Part shown: positions 15,869 through 25,097 of the stretch, in pieces
Layout of the letters: every line of letters begins with the position of its first letter
How positions within the stretch are numbered: position 1 is the first letter of the stretch
Origin: an uncultured Fibrobacterota bacterium
Lineage (GTDB): Bacteria; Fibrobacterota; CAYVZU01
Assembly: GCA_964455935.1 (NCBI GenBank)
Contig: CAYVZU010000052.1
Location: 1-25,508 of the forward strand
Direction: 5' to 3'
Length of the DNA: 25,508 nucleotides
Position numbers and translations under genes: made by a program
Notes under the pieces: model-generated
Databases searched by the model: none
What the model was told of the DNA's origin: nothing
What the model saw: the letters and a program-made list of their open reading frames with translations, nothing else

Positions 15869-16765
15869 ATGAAATTCGAAAGCGTGCTTGGTTGTCTTCT
15901 TCTTTCCCTGCCCTTGCTGCTTTCCGCCGGCCCTAAGCCCGAAAGGGCTGATTTCGTTCGCTTCCTCGACTCTCTTGAGCCCCAAGCGACTCAGCAGGGG
16001 ATCGCCGCGGAGTGGTATGGGAAGATCAGGAACCAGATCGAATTCCGTCCGGAGGTGATCATCATCGACCGATTGCAGGGCGAGAGGCCTCCGCATTCCT
16101 ATTCCGAACATATGGAGCGCTGGCTTGCGGTTTGCGGATATCCGAAGGAAACCCGGATCACCCTCGGTAAAAAATTGCTTGCCAAGCACCGGGCCGTTCT
16201 GGACCAGGTAGAGCTGAAATACAAGGTGGATCGAACCGTGATTGTGGCCTTGTGGGGCGTGGAAACACAATATGGCAATTACATGGGTAAGCATCGCATT
16301 CTGGATGTCTTGGCGACTCTCGCTTTCGAAGGCCGTCGCCGCCAGTTTTTCACAGCGGAATTTTTAAACGCTCTGCAAATTTTGCAGGAGGGGCATGCTT
16401 CGCATGATAAATTTATCGGATCCTGGGCGGGAGCAATGGGTCAGTGCCAGTTCATGCCCACTAGCTTTTACAATTACGCCGTGGATTTCGACAAAGACGG
16501 CAAGAGGGATATTTGGAGCAATCATGCCGATATTTTCGCCTCAATCGGCAACTATCTAAAGACGGCCGGGTGGCAGTGGAAAAAATCCGTTGCCAGTTCC
16601 CAACCCAATACAACCGGGGCCTCCAAAGAGATCAGATTATTGAACGATGGCTCGCCCATACTCTATGCGAATATCAACTACCAGACAATTCGGCGCTGGA
16701 ACGCATCCGACGAGTTTGTGTTCAAGGTTAACTTCCTAAAGAGCCATTTCGACCGCAACCAGTGA
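15869..16765 (+). CDS. mltB: Lytic murein transglycosylase B-like (MltB/GH103-type) with a signal peptide
   Basis: From the ATG at 15869 the protein begins MKFESVLGCLLLSLPLLLSAG. MltB motifs ALWGVETQYG and QFMPTSF are present. A GGAGAGAGGA RBS lies 12 nt upstream. The ORF track starts this ORF at a TTG at 15845. Confidence 0.8.
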   Translation: MKFESVLGCLLLSLPLLLSAGPKPERADFVRFLDSLEPQATQQGIAAEWYGKIRNQIEFRPEVIIIDRLQGERPPHSYSEHMERWLAVCGYPKETRITLGKKLLAKHRAVLDQVELKYKVDRTVIVALWGVETQYGNYMGKHRILDVLATLAFEGRRRQFFTAEFLNALQILQEGHASHDKFIGSWAGAMGQCQFMPTSFYNYAVDFDKDGKRDIWSNHADIFASIGNYLKTAGWQWKKSVASSQPNTTGASKEIRLLNDGSPILYANINYQTIRRWNASDEFVFKVNFLKSHFDRNQ

Positions 16766-16917
16766 TGCTTGCCTTGCACCCCAGGGGACACCTCAAGGCA
16801 ACCCGCCATCAGTTCACAACCAAACCGATCACAATTGCCGTCACCACAATGCCGCCAATAACCGCCGGACCCGTGGTCACCGGGTTTGCGGACGAACAGC
16901 TGCTGCTCTTTTTCCCG

Positions 16918-18138
16918 CTACCGCGACAAGACCTTTTCGTAAACCCGCTCGATCCGTTCCGCGACCCGTTCCCAGGTGAAATGCTCCTGAAACCGGAGCC
17001 GGCCCTTTTCGCCCATGGCCCTTCGCAGTTCTTTATGCTCCGCCAGGTCCAGCAGGCATTCGGCCAAGCTCCCGACATCACCTCTGGCCACCAATCGACC
17101 CGTCTCTCCGTGAATCACAATCTCTGGAATCCCGCCACTGCGCGTGGCCACGACCGGCAGCCCGCTTGCCATCGCTTCCACAATGGGCATGCCAAAGGGC
17201 TCATTCCAGACCGAGGGAAAAACCAGGACGTGCGACGATTGATACAGCTCGGCCAGCTGGTCGTGAAGAACAGCCCCGCGGAATTCCACCGGAAGTCCCT
17301 GGCTCATTTCCATTAAATGTTTGAGGTAGCCTCCGCCAAAGAAGGGCCGGATTTTCTCAAGCTCCGGTCCGGCAGACCAAGTTGTCGCAATGTCCGCGGA
17401 AGGAACCGCTTCCGGGCCTGCAATAACCAGTCTGGCATCATTTTTCCGCGCATAAATGTCCCGAAACGCCTCGATCAGAACATGCAGTCCTTTTTCCGGG
17501 GAGACCCGGCCCGTGTAGAGAAGAGAGAAACTCTCATTTGCAGGGCTTTGGCGAATGGAAACCGGATCGGCCCCGTTGTAGATGATGCCCGCGTTTTCCG
17601 CTATTTCCGGAAATTGATCTCGAATTCCTTGAACTACGAACCCACTGCATCCCGCCACAAAATCGACCAGCGCCAACCGTTTCCGGACAAGCGCTTTTGG
17701 CAATTCGGTAAGCCATTCGCAGTGCATGTGCAAAACAATGCGTGCTGTCGGATTGAAGAAGTGTATGATCGGCACAAACTGGGTGAGATTATGAAGATGG
17801 ACAATGTCGCATCGCAATCCTCGTAACGCCAGGGCCGTCTGCAAGCCATACAATGCATAGTAAATCCGCGAGGCGTACAGCGGGCCTGGAAGAATTTTCC
17901 TTAATCGGGATCGGGCAATGGCTCGCAGGAGCTTTTCATCAAAGCGCGTGGAATGCAACCTGTATTCAACCGCGCTTCCCTTTCCAGGCAGTTCGCTCCC
18001 TTTTCTGGCACCGACGTTGACCACCTGGTGCCTTGCGCCAAGCCGGGCCGCGACACGGTCACTCCAGACCGCAATTGATCCGGTGATTGAGCCCGGCACA
18101 ATGGTATTCCAAGGCTGATTGACAATGGCAAGCCGCAT
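16918..18138 (-). CDS. Glycosyltransferase family 4 (GT-B, group 1)
   Basis: C-terminal motif VVATRSGGIPEIVIHGETGRLV and an EX7E-like region. The likely start is MRLAIVNQPW at the ATG at 18138. The ORF track extends to a TTG at 18171. Confidence 0.85.
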   Translation of the reverse strand: MRLAIVNQPWNTIVPGSITGSIAVWSDRVAARLGARHQVVNVGARKGSELPGKGSAVEYRLHSTRFDEKLLRAIARSRLRKILPGPLYASRIYYALYGLQTALALRGLRCDIVHLHNLTQFVPIIHFFNPTARIVLHMHCEWLTELPKALVRKRLALVDFVAGCSGFVVQGIRDQFPEIAENAGIIYNGADPVSIRQSPANESFSLLYTGRVSPEKGLHVLIEAFRDIYARKNDARLVIAGPEAVPSADIATTWSAGPELEKIRPFFGGGYLKHLMEMSQGLPVEFRGAVLHDQLAELYQSSHVLVFPSVWNEPFGMPIVEAMASGLPVVATRSGGIPEIVIHGETGRLVARGDVGSLAECLLDLAEHKELRRAMGEKGRLRFQEHFTWERVAERIERVYEKVLSR

Positions 18139-18243
18139 ACAGATCGGAGAGATTTGAGTGAAATGGGGCAATGGACAAGAGGCGGGTATTATTCGATTGC
18201 AAAGGCCATACCAGCAGCCTTACGGTCCGCTGAGCCTTTAACC

Positions 18244-19345
18244 TGAATACCGCGTCTATCGCGTCTAGGGACGGACCTTTAAAACTATATTTACGAATGG
18301 CTTCTTCTTTGCGAGTTCATCGCCGGCGGCGATGCTCAGGGTCGCAGGGGAGCCGCCGACACCCAGATATTCTCCAATCTTGTTTACGGGGAACCCGTAC
18401 TCCCGGCGGCAAAGGTGGGCAAACACATGCCGCAATGCTGCCAAATGCGAGCCTCGGCTGCGCCGCTGCAGTTGTTCTTTGGTGATCCCGGAGACTTTGC
18501 AGAAGTTACCGGCAAGCGAATCAAGCAAAACGCCTTCAACTCTGTACCGGGCAAGCCTGATCCGGTTGGTTTTATCCGCGGCCAGGGCGGCCTTCACAAA
18601 TTCGGGATCTCCGATCACCCAGCATCCCGGATCGAACATATCTTTCCTGCCGGCATTTGCCATTCGTATCGTCTTTATCAGGGTATCTTCGGCCATGCCC
18701 ACCCCTGATGCGATGAACTCCCAGTAATTGAAAGTCGCCGTCTTCCGGTCCCTGCCAAACCTGCGCAAAACAATCCAAGAATCCATAAAATCGCAGTTGC
18801 GGTTGCTCATAATCACCGCGTGACTGCTCCAGGGGTATGCATCCAGGACCTCAAGGCTATCGCAGATTCCGGCGCGCAAGGGGTTAAGGTGAACGTAGCG
18901 TATGATTTCCTTTACGTAATATTGATCCTGTGTTGTAATTGACTTAAACCGGTCCTGAAACAGGTATCCGCGCCGACCATGTTTTCGCGCATGATATAGG
19001 GCATAGCGGGTATTAAGTGGCCGCATCAGATCGCAAAGGGGACGCTCGGCTGTCTGGATCAGCAAATGGTAATGATTGGACATTAAGGTCCAGGCATGAC
19101 ATGCGCAGCCGCTCTTTTTCAGGTTTTCGCGGAGGAACTCAAGGAATTTTGTGCGGTCTTCTTCATCAACGAAAACATCGCGGCCTTCGATGCCCCTGGC
19201 CATTACATGATAGAAACTCCCAGGTAGAAATATGCGCGCTTTTCGAGGCATGCTCCAAGATAATTCATGTTTCGCCAAATTATAAATAAAGTTATAAAGG
19301 TCCGTCCCTAAGCGGCGGCGCTAAGCGGCGCGTAAACCATCGTCG
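18244..19345. mobile_element. Compact IS-like element: one HUH (Y1) transposase gene bounded by ~32-bp imperfect terminal inverted repeats
   Basis: The right inverted repeat attataaataaagttataaaggtccgtcccta (19279-19310) matches the reverse complement of the left inverted repeat 18266-18297, with a 15/15 core and 27/32 overall. Outside each repeat are short tandem GC-rich subrepeats (gacgcg ata gacgcg / agcggcg..agcggcg). A possible 7-bp flanking direct repeat TTTAACC occurs at 18237-18243 and 19346-19352. Confidence 0.6.
18265..19251 (-). CDS. IS200/RAYT-like HUH (Y1) transposase fused to a C-terminal DnaA_C-like helix-turn-helix domain
   Basis: SFYHVMARG at the N-terminus, the HUH motif NHYHLLI, and a catalytic-Tyr region RYVHLNPLRAG. 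The C-terminal ~90 aa (..ITKEQLQRRSRGSHLAALRHVFAHLCRREYGFPVNKIGEYLG..) resemble the DnaA C-terminal DNA-binding domain. The last 8 codons lie inside the left inverted repeat. The ATG at 19251 is preferred; an alternative TTG start is at 19278. Confidence 0.8.
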   Translation of the reverse strand: MPRKARIFLPGSFYHVMARGIEGRDVFVDEEDRTKFLEFLRENLKKSGCACHAWTLMSNHYHLLIQTAERPLCDLMRPLNTRYALYHARKHGRRGYLFQDRFKSITTQDQYYVKEIIRYVHLNPLRAGICDSLEVLDAYPWSSHAVIMSNRNCDFMDSWIVLRRFGRDRKTATFNYWEFIASGVGMAEDTLIKTIRMANAGRKDMFDPGCWVIGDPEFVKAALAADKTNRIRLARYRVEGVLLDSLAGNFCKVSGITKEQLQRRSRGSHLAALRHVFAHLCRREYGFPVNKIGEYLGVGGSPATLSIAAGDELAKKKPFVNIVLKVRP

Positions 19346-19424
19346 TTTTAACCCGGATTCACAGCCGTCTTGATAGCCTTTGGCGCTTTTTATGGGCGAA
19401 GCGAGGGGTGGTTGAATTCTACTG

Positions 19425-19468
19425 AGTTGCTCAAATAAAATAAGACAGGGGAATCTTTCGATTCCCCT
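19425..19468 (-). terminator. Intrinsic terminator ending the gld-like ABC operon
   Basis: caggggaatc tttc gattcccctg (19445-19468) is a 10-bp stem. The minus strand continues TCTTATTTTATTTGA. An 18-nt perfect palindrome gacgttgcgcgcaacgtc at 19484-19501 lies between this stem and the stop codon. Confidence 0.55.
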
Positions 19469-19524
19469 GTTTCGTTCGATGAAAGACGTTGCGCGCAACG
19501 TCTCCAAAATGATGAACGGTCGAA

Positions 19525-20502
19525 TTATTTCGGCTGTGGGCCCACGGCTGGTTGTGCGGTGCTGTCTGGCTTAACAGGATCGGGCTCGAAATCCTTGCGC
19601 TGTTTTCTGACATCGTTGAGCCGGTATTCCGCCAGCTTATAGATGGTGGAATCGCCCGTGACACTTGAAAGATAGTAGTAGCCCGCTTTTTTGCCGAGTG
19701 TTACCGTTTTTTCGCTTCCGTCGCCCTGCGTGAGGGTCACCGAGGCTTCGGGCTTTTTGAATGCATCTTTCAGCGTATCCACCGCCGGGTCGGCCCATTC
19801 GTCGGTCTTCAGGTCGGCCAGGTATTGGATGAATGCGCCCACCTTGCCCGAATCGGCCTTAGCGCCGGCCGGGGCTGCAAATGACCAGCCCTTGGCGTCC
19901 TTCTTGAGCGCCAGGTGCACCGTGTCGTGGTCGACCTTGATTCCGGTGACGTTGGTCTTGGCAAATTCCAGCACACCGCGGTCTTTCCACTCTTTATCGG
20001 TGGTGAAGTAATTCCACTTCACGATATTGGGCGAAACATAGACCTTACTCAGGGCCTGCTCGCGCACAAAATAGCTTCGCCAGTCCGCGCCGGTTTTGCC
20101 CACGCGGAAATCGAGGAGGACCTTGCCGTCGGCCGATTTTGCGGTAATACGCCGGCCCGAAGAGCTATCCACCTCAAACGATTTCTGCTTGGAGACATTG
20201 GCCGACATCAGGTCCCCGCGCTCCAGCTCCAAAAGTCCCTTAATGGCGGCGTTCACTTTGGCTGTGTCGGCCCTGTAATTGGCCAGGCCCGGAATCACCC
20301 AGCGGCCGCCCGTTTTGCTGATCGCGGAGCTGGTTGCGCCTTCGGTGACTGTCAGCGAGGCGATCTGTTCGGCCTTCAGGCCCGGAAAGAAGAGCAGTTC
20401 CTCTTTGGCGGGCTTGCGTTTGGACACCTGGTTCGAGACCACAATTACGGCAACAACCGCAACCAGGACGATCAGGCTGGCCAGTAGTTGCTTCATCTTC
20501 AT
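19525..20502 (-). CDS. DUF4340-domain protein with an N-terminal membrane anchor; common partner of GldG-type ABC accessory proteins
   Basis: 325 aa, MKMKQLLASLIVLVAVVAVIVVS... The start overlaps the GldG stop as ATGA. Confidence 0.75.
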   Translation of the reverse strand: MKMKQLLASLIVLVAVVAVIVVSNQVSKRKPAKEELLFFPGLKAEQIASLTVTEGATSSAISKTGGRWVIPGLANYRADTAKVNAAIKGLLELERGDLMSANVSKQKSFEVDSSSGRRITAKSADGKVLLDFRVGKTGADWRSYFVREQALSKVYVSPNIVKWNYFTTDKEWKDRGVLEFAKTNVTGIKVDHDTVHLALKKDAKGWSFAAPAGAKADSGKVGAFIQYLADLKTDEWADPAVDTLKDAFKKPEASVTLTQGDGSEKTVTLGKKAGYYYLSSVTGDSTIYKLAEYRLNDVRKQRKDFEPDPVKPDSTAQPAVGPQPK

Positions 20503-22184
20503 TGCGCTGCTCCTTGTTTGACGCTTTCACGTTTCTTGCGGCGGATCCCCATGCGCACCAAGCCGAAGCCGATGACGAGGACCGGCATCACCACCACGTT
20601 GACCCACTTGATGGCGGCGCGCGCGGCCGGCGTTGTGGTCTTTAGCGGCCGGTCCACGACCTTGCGCGACCGAATGGTGATGAGGTCGTCGTCCTGCACC
20701 ATCCAATCCACCAGGTTCATGAGGAAAGCGCCGTTGATGCCTCCGGTCTGCTGAACGAATTGATCGGTGATAAACCGCGAGTTTCCCATGACCAGGATGC
20801 GGGTGTCGGGGCTTTGCTCCACAATGGCCCGGCCCGCGTCTTCCGGCGCCAGCGTATCGACCTGCTTTGGGGCGCCATTGTCCACGATTTCTTTCTTGAA
20901 CTTGGGAATGGCCTTGCCCTTGTAGAAACTGGCGAATTGACCCGAAAGCACAACAGCCAGGTTTTGGGATTTTTTCAGACCTTCGGCCGTGTTAAACTGC
21001 TTCTGCGGATCGAGGTTAAACGGCTCCTGCATGGTCCAGGCCGCCTTGGTGGATCGCAGCAGAACCGTGGATTTGATTTTCTTTGTCGTGTCCGCCGCGT
21101 CAAGGGTCAGATCCACGCAGCTCGACCACGGAAGCGTAAGGCCGGCCATGCGGTTGACAACCGGGTTTTCCTGGTCGAGATATTGGTCATGGATCTTGGG
21201 CCAGAGCGGATAGGGGGTGGTGAAATAGCTCATGAATCCGCCGCCCATTTGCGTCTGAAACGAGGCCAGAGCGCACGAGACATCGAGCACCAGGTTCTGA
21301 CTGATGCGCGCGCCGTAGTGGCCCAGCAGATCGTTCATATTATGATTGCGGGTCTGGCCGTTAAGGCCGTATTGCGCCATAATCGAGACACCATCCACAA
21401 AGGCCAGTAGTTTTCCGCCGGACATCACATACTGGTCGATCTCGAATTTGGCGCGCTCCGTAAGGTTCTCGGGACCCAGAAGGACAAGGCCCTTGAGGCC
21501 CGTATCGATCTTTTCGCCTTCTTTAAGGGCCACATCGACCACGCTGTATTGCCGCTTGAGCTGATCGCGTGCCTGCGTGGCCACCGTATCGAGGGCCTGC
21601 GTTCCATAGCCGCTCAGCAACCCAATGCGCGGCTCTTCGGCGCGCGTGAGTTTCTTGATGGCGCTGGTGAGATTGTATTCGAGGTCCTGCACCTCGGTCA
21701 CAAGGGGCAGCAGTTCCTTTTTGTCGGCGTACTGGATCGCAATGCCAAGGTAGCCTTTGATGATCTGGCGCTGGTCCTTTTCGATGGCATCCATCTGCAC
21801 GGCCTGAATGCCCAGGGCGCTGGCTTCCTGCTCGATTTTAGGATCGTCGGCCGGGTCGAGATAGGTGATGCGCAGATTGCCTTTGGCATAGGCCTGGTAC
21901 TCGTTGAGGATGTCCTTGACCTTCTTGGTCGTGGGAATCATCTGGGAGGGCAGCTTTTTCGAGAAGAAGACTTTGATGTTGACGATGTCGTCAAGGCCCC
22001 GAAGCGTTTTTTTTGTGGCCTGGGAAACGGTGTATTCCTTGCCCTCGGTCAAGTCGAGGCGCATGAACCATTTGTTCGATCCATAGTTGACCAGGGCCAT
22101 GGCGCCCAAAATCACCACGATAAACAGCGTCGAGTAAATCCCGTATTGGACGGCGCGGGATTGAAATGTCGATTTGATTTGCAT
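20499..22184 (-). CDS. gldG: GldG-like ABC-type transport auxiliary component
   Basis: Large periplasmic protein with N- and C-terminal transmembrane helices. Start taken at the ATG at 22184 (MQIKSTFQSRAVQYG..), with a GAGGTG RBS 7 nt upstream. Confidence 0.8.
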   Translation of the reverse strand: MQIKSTFQSRAVQYGIYSTLFIVVILGAMALVNYGSNKWFMRLDLTEGKEYTVSQATKKTLRGLDDIVNIKVFFSKKLPSQMIPTTKKVKDILNEYQAYAKGNLRITYLDPADDPKIEQEASALGIQAVQMDAIEKDQRQIIKGYLGIAIQYADKKELLPLVTEVQDLEYNLTSAIKKLTRAEEPRIGLLSGYGTQALDTVATQARDQLKRQYSVVDVALKEGEKIDTGLKGLVLLGPENLTERAKFEIDQYVMSGGKLLAFVDGVSIMAQYGLNGQTRNHNMNDLLGHYGARISQNLVLDVSCALASFQTQMGGGFMSYFTTPYPLWPKIHDQYLDQENPVVNRMAGLTLPWSSCVDLTLDAADTTKKIKSTVLLRSTKAAWTMQEPFNLDPQKQFNTAEGLKKSQNLAVVLSGQFASFYKGKAIPKFKKEIVDNGAPKQVDTLAPEDAGRAIVEQSPDTRILVMGNSRFITDQFVQQTGGINGAFLMNLVDWMVQDDDLITIRSRKVVDRPLKTTTPAARAAIKWVNVVVMPVLVIGFGLVRMGIRRKKRESVKQGAAQ

Positions 22185-22194
22185 GTCGGTCACC

Positions 22195-22911
22195 TCACTT
22201 CCAGTTGCGGCTCGCGATCGATCGGACATTCAAAAATAGAAAGAATCCGATGATCGAAACGTAGTAGATGATATCGCGGCTGTCGATGACGCCGCGGCTG
22301 ATGGAGTCGAAGTGCGTCCCAATGCCCAGGTATTCGGCCAGGGGCGCCAGCAGGGCCGGCAGCCGGGCGGTCACGAAACTTTCGCCCACAATGAAGGCCA
22401 GAAAGGATACGGCCACGGCCACGATGAAGGCCACGATCTGGTTCTCGGTAAGACTCGAAATGAAGAGCCCAATCGAGAGATACGCCGCGCCCATGAGCAG
22501 CGCGCCCAGGTAGCTGGCCACCAGCGGTCCGGCCTCCGGGTTGCCCAGAATCGCCAGCGTGACCGGCACCGTAATCGAGCAGAGAACGGTAATGGTGAGA
22601 AAGGAGAGGGCCGCCAGAAACTTGCCCGCGACCACTTCCCCGTCCTTTACCGGCCAGGTCAGCAGCAGTTCGATGGTGCCCATCTTTTTCTCTTCGGCCC
22701 ACATGCGCATGGTGATGGCCGGGACGAAAAACAGGAAAATCCAGGGCAGCAAGCTGAAGTAGCTGCGCATATCGGCCTGATTGATCACAAAGGCGCTCAT
22801 GAAAAAAAGCCAGTTCGTGAGGCCGACATACACTGTGATAAAGATATAGGCGATGGGCGAATTAAAATAGCCCTTCAACTCTTTTTTGGATAATGTAAGG
22901 ACCGCATTCAT
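22195..22911 (-). CDS. gldF: ABC-2 type permease (GldF-like)
   Basis: From the ATG at 22911 (MNAVLTLSKKELKGYFNSPIAYIF...) the protein has six transmembrane segments. The start overlaps the ATPase stop as ATGA. Confidence 0.8.
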   Translation of the reverse strand: MNAVLTLSKKELKGYFNSPIAYIFITVYVGLTNWLFFMSAFVINQADMRSYFSLLPWIFLFFVPAITMRMWAEEKKMGTIELLLTWPVKDGEVVAGKFLAALSFLTITVLCSITVPVTLAILGNPEAGPLVASYLGALLMGAAYLSIGLFISSLTENQIVAFIVAVAVSFLAFIVGESFVTARLPALLAPLAEYLGIGTHFDSISRGVIDSRDIIYYVSIIGFFLFLNVRSIASRNWK

Positions 22912-23879
22912 GCTTGCTCCTCCTTCTGCGTGAGCTGGGCAAACACGTCCTCCAGCCGTACGCCTTCGCGCCGCAGCTCGGTGAGACTCCATCCGTTGCG
23001 CGACACAGCGTAAAAGATATCTTCGCTGGGATCGGCGCCGGCGTTCATGGTAAGTTGGAAATGCTGCAGTTGGTTGATTCCTTCCCCGGTCTTGCGTACG
23101 GTTTCGACGCCGCCGATTTCACCCAGCTTGCGTTCGATGGACTGCGCATCGCCGCGGATTTTGCAGAGAATCTTGTCGGCCGAGTTGGAGGACTTGCCGA
23201 TCAGTTCCTGCGTGGTCCCGTCGGCCACCAAAGTTCCGTTGTTGATGATAATGACCCGATCGCAGGTCGCCTCGACCTCGGGCAGAATGTGGGTCGAAAG
23301 CACGACGGTCTTCTCGCGTCCGATGCGTTTGATCAATTGCCTGATTTCAACAATCTGGTTGGGGTCCAAACCCACCGTGGGCTCGTCCATGATCAGAATG
23401 TCGGGGTCGTGGAGCAGTGTCTGGGCCAGGCCCACTCGCTGTCGGTATCCCTTGGACAGGTGCCCGATAACCCTGTTGCCCATGGAGCTAAGGCCGCACA
23501 GGTCCACCAGTTCGCCGATCCGCCGGGCTCCGGCGGCTTTTTCGATTCCGCGCATTTCGCAGACAAACTGAAGGTATTCGATCACGCCCATGTCGTGATA
23601 TAGCGGCGCGCTTTCGGGCAAATAGCCGATGCGCTTTCGCACCTCCAGCGAGTTCTCGCGGACATCGAACCCGGAAACCCTGACATTACCTTCATCGGCC
23701 GGGATAAAGCAGGTGAGCATTTTCATGGTCGTGGTCTTTCCGGCCCCATTGGGACCCAGAAAACCCAGGACCTCACCCTTGTGGACATTGAAAGAAATGT
23801 CGCGCACGGCATGCACGTTGCCGTAGCGCTTAGAAAGATGGCTCACTTGAACGACGACATTATTTGAGGCTTCGCTCAT
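22908..23879 (-). CDS. gldA: ABC transporter ATP-binding protein (GldA-like)
   Basis: Walker A GPNGAGKTT, ABC signature LSKGYRQRVGLA, and Walker B ILIMDEPTVGLD. An AGGAGGTG RBS lies 8 nt upstream. Confidence 0.9.
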   Translation of the reverse strand: MSEASNNVVVQVSHLSKRYGNVHAVRDISFNVHKGEVLGFLGPNGAGKTTTMKMLTCFIPADEGNVRVSGFDVRENSLEVRKRIGYLPESAPLYHDMGVIEYLQFVCEMRGIEKAAGARRIGELVDLCGLSSMGNRVIGHLSKGYRQRVGLAQTLLHDPDILIMDEPTVGLDPNQIVEIRQLIKRIGREKTVVLSTHILPEVEATCDRVIIINNGTLVADGTTQELIGKSSNSADKILCKIRGDAQSIERKLGEIGGVETVRKTGEGINQLQHFQLTMNAGADPSEDIFYAVSRNGWSLTELRREGVRLEDVFAQLTQKEEQA

Positions 23880-24010
23880 GTCCGTTCACCTCCTGGATAT
23901 GTTTCTATATTTGGGGACGGGACCTCAGTAAGAACCGCCCTTGCACCCGGGTACCCCCAATGATGCCGGATTTTCAAATATACAGCCCGCATCAGGAGAA
24001 AAAAAATACG

Positions 24011-24229
24011 ATGGGGCTTGCGGACAGTCAAGATTTGGCCGTTTTTTCAGATGAGCACCATCTCCAAATCGTCTTCGGTCTGGTGGATCTCGATTTAAAG
24101 GGCCAGCCGGGAGCAAGCGATCACATTGCGAACTTCAGCGATCGTTTTGAGCAGGAGCACTTTGCCGCCCCGCCGAACGCAATTTTTGTGGAGATTCGAA
24201 ATCAGTCCAAGGCCGCTGGAGCTCATTGA
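24011..24229 (+). CDS. Hypothetical small protein (72 aa)
   Basis: AGGAGA followed 11 nt later by ATG, giving MGLADSQDLAVFSDEHHLQIVFGLVDLDLKGQ... No recognisable family. It sits in an otherwise noncoding spacer between gldA and a small minus-strand ORF. Confidence 0.3.
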   Translation: MGLADSQDLAVFSDEHHLQIVFGLVDLDLKGQPGASDHIANFSDRFEQEHFAAPPNAIFVEIRNQSKAAGAH

Positions 24230-24259
24230 GCGGCACTCCGAGAGACCGAAGACAAGGAA

Positions 24260-24382
24260 TTAGTGGCCGGTAGTCAGCCCGCTTTCGGCCGCTTTCTTGA
24301 TGTGGGGAAGGTCCTCAACTTCGAAATTGCCGGCATCCTTCACAATGTAGTAAAAGCCTTTTTCAACGCCGTAGCTGTTCAC
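24260..24382 (-). CDS. Hypothetical small protein (40 aa, GTG start)
   Basis: GGGAAGAGGGAAC GTG gives VNSYGVEKGFYYIVKDAGNFEVEDLPHIKKAAESGLTTGH. The RBS-like element is strong. It lies 37 nt downstream of cheX. No family recognised. Confidence 0.25.
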   Translation of the reverse strand: MNSYGVEKGFYYIVKDAGNFEVEDLPHIKKAAESGLTTGH

Positions 24383-24419
24383 GTTCCCTCTTCCCGCATT
24401 GCGCAGGCTGCGGGTTTGG

Positions 24420-24878
24420 TCACGGCGTCTTGAGGCTGATTTCCACGGCAAAATCGCCAAGTTCGCAATTGAAGGGGACCACCAGGTTCTGGGCATCGCT
24501 GGGGCCTGAAAGCCGATGGCTCTTGCCGATAATCACGCTGGGCAGCGAAATGGCAATATTGAGTCCGCCCAAGTCCCTTTTGGCGCTGCCGGCGATGATA
24601 TTGGCCAGTTCACCCACCGCGTCTGTGACTTCGGGGCCAATAATTTTAATTTCCTGGCCAATGAATTTCGAAACGACTTTCAGCGCGGTTACCCGAGGGA
24701 AACTGATGGAAATCGACCCCACAGCCCCGCCCGAAATCCCGATAATGCCCGAGACGTCATAGGTGGGAAATGGCTGCTTTTTGATTTGCAGGGGCCCGGC
24801 CTCGATCTTGGTCTGCATCATAGTCTCGAACGTGTTCTTCGTGGAAGCGAGAAAGGGGTTAACGTATTCGACCTTCAT
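24420..24878 (-). CDS. cheX: Chemotaxis protein CheX (CheC/CheX phosphatase family)
   Basis: MKVEYVNPFLASTKNTFETMMQ...GIIGISGGAVGSISISF...ELANIIAGSAKRDL is typical of CheX. An AGAGG RBS lies 5 nt before the ATG at 24878. A GTG at 24884 is an alternative start. Confidence 0.8.
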   Translation of the reverse strand: MKVEYVNPFLASTKNTFETMMQTKIEAGPLQIKKQPFPTYDVSGIIGISGGAVGSISISFPRVTALKVVSKFIGQEIKIIGPEVTDAVGELANIIAGSAKRDLGGLNIAISLPSVIIGKSHRLSGPSDAQNLVVPFNCELGDFAVEISLKTP

Positions 24879-25097
24879 GGCCACCTCTTTGTTGAAAGCC
24901 TAAATATCTATTCCACAATCTTCGGTAAACAAGAAAAGATGTCAGCGCACAGCCCTGCAGACCGCCCTGTGCCGGTTTGGACGATTTAGGTCACGCCCTT
25001 GCACTTTCAGGGCAGGCGGGTCCAGGGGCGTAGCCTGGTCTTACTTGCGTCAGAAGGCCAAGCGTATTTGGAGGGAGTAACCGGAACACGGGGAGAT

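Noticed and set aside
16766-16917. Possible terminator between the convergent mltB and GT4 genes
   Set aside because: Only weak, interrupted stems (gccttg..caaggc) with no U-tract on either strand.
16762-17316. 184-aa plus-strand ORF overlapping the 3' half of the glycosyltransferase
   Set aside because: The minus-strand GT4 motif-bearing frame is the real gene. This frame has no RBS or domain.
20760-22253. 216-aa and 234-aa plus-strand ORFs
   Set aside because: They are antisense to gldG.
22312-23603. 193-aa and 229-aa plus-strand ORFs
   Set aside because: They are antisense to gldF and gldA. The gldA ATPase motifs confirm the minus-strand frame.
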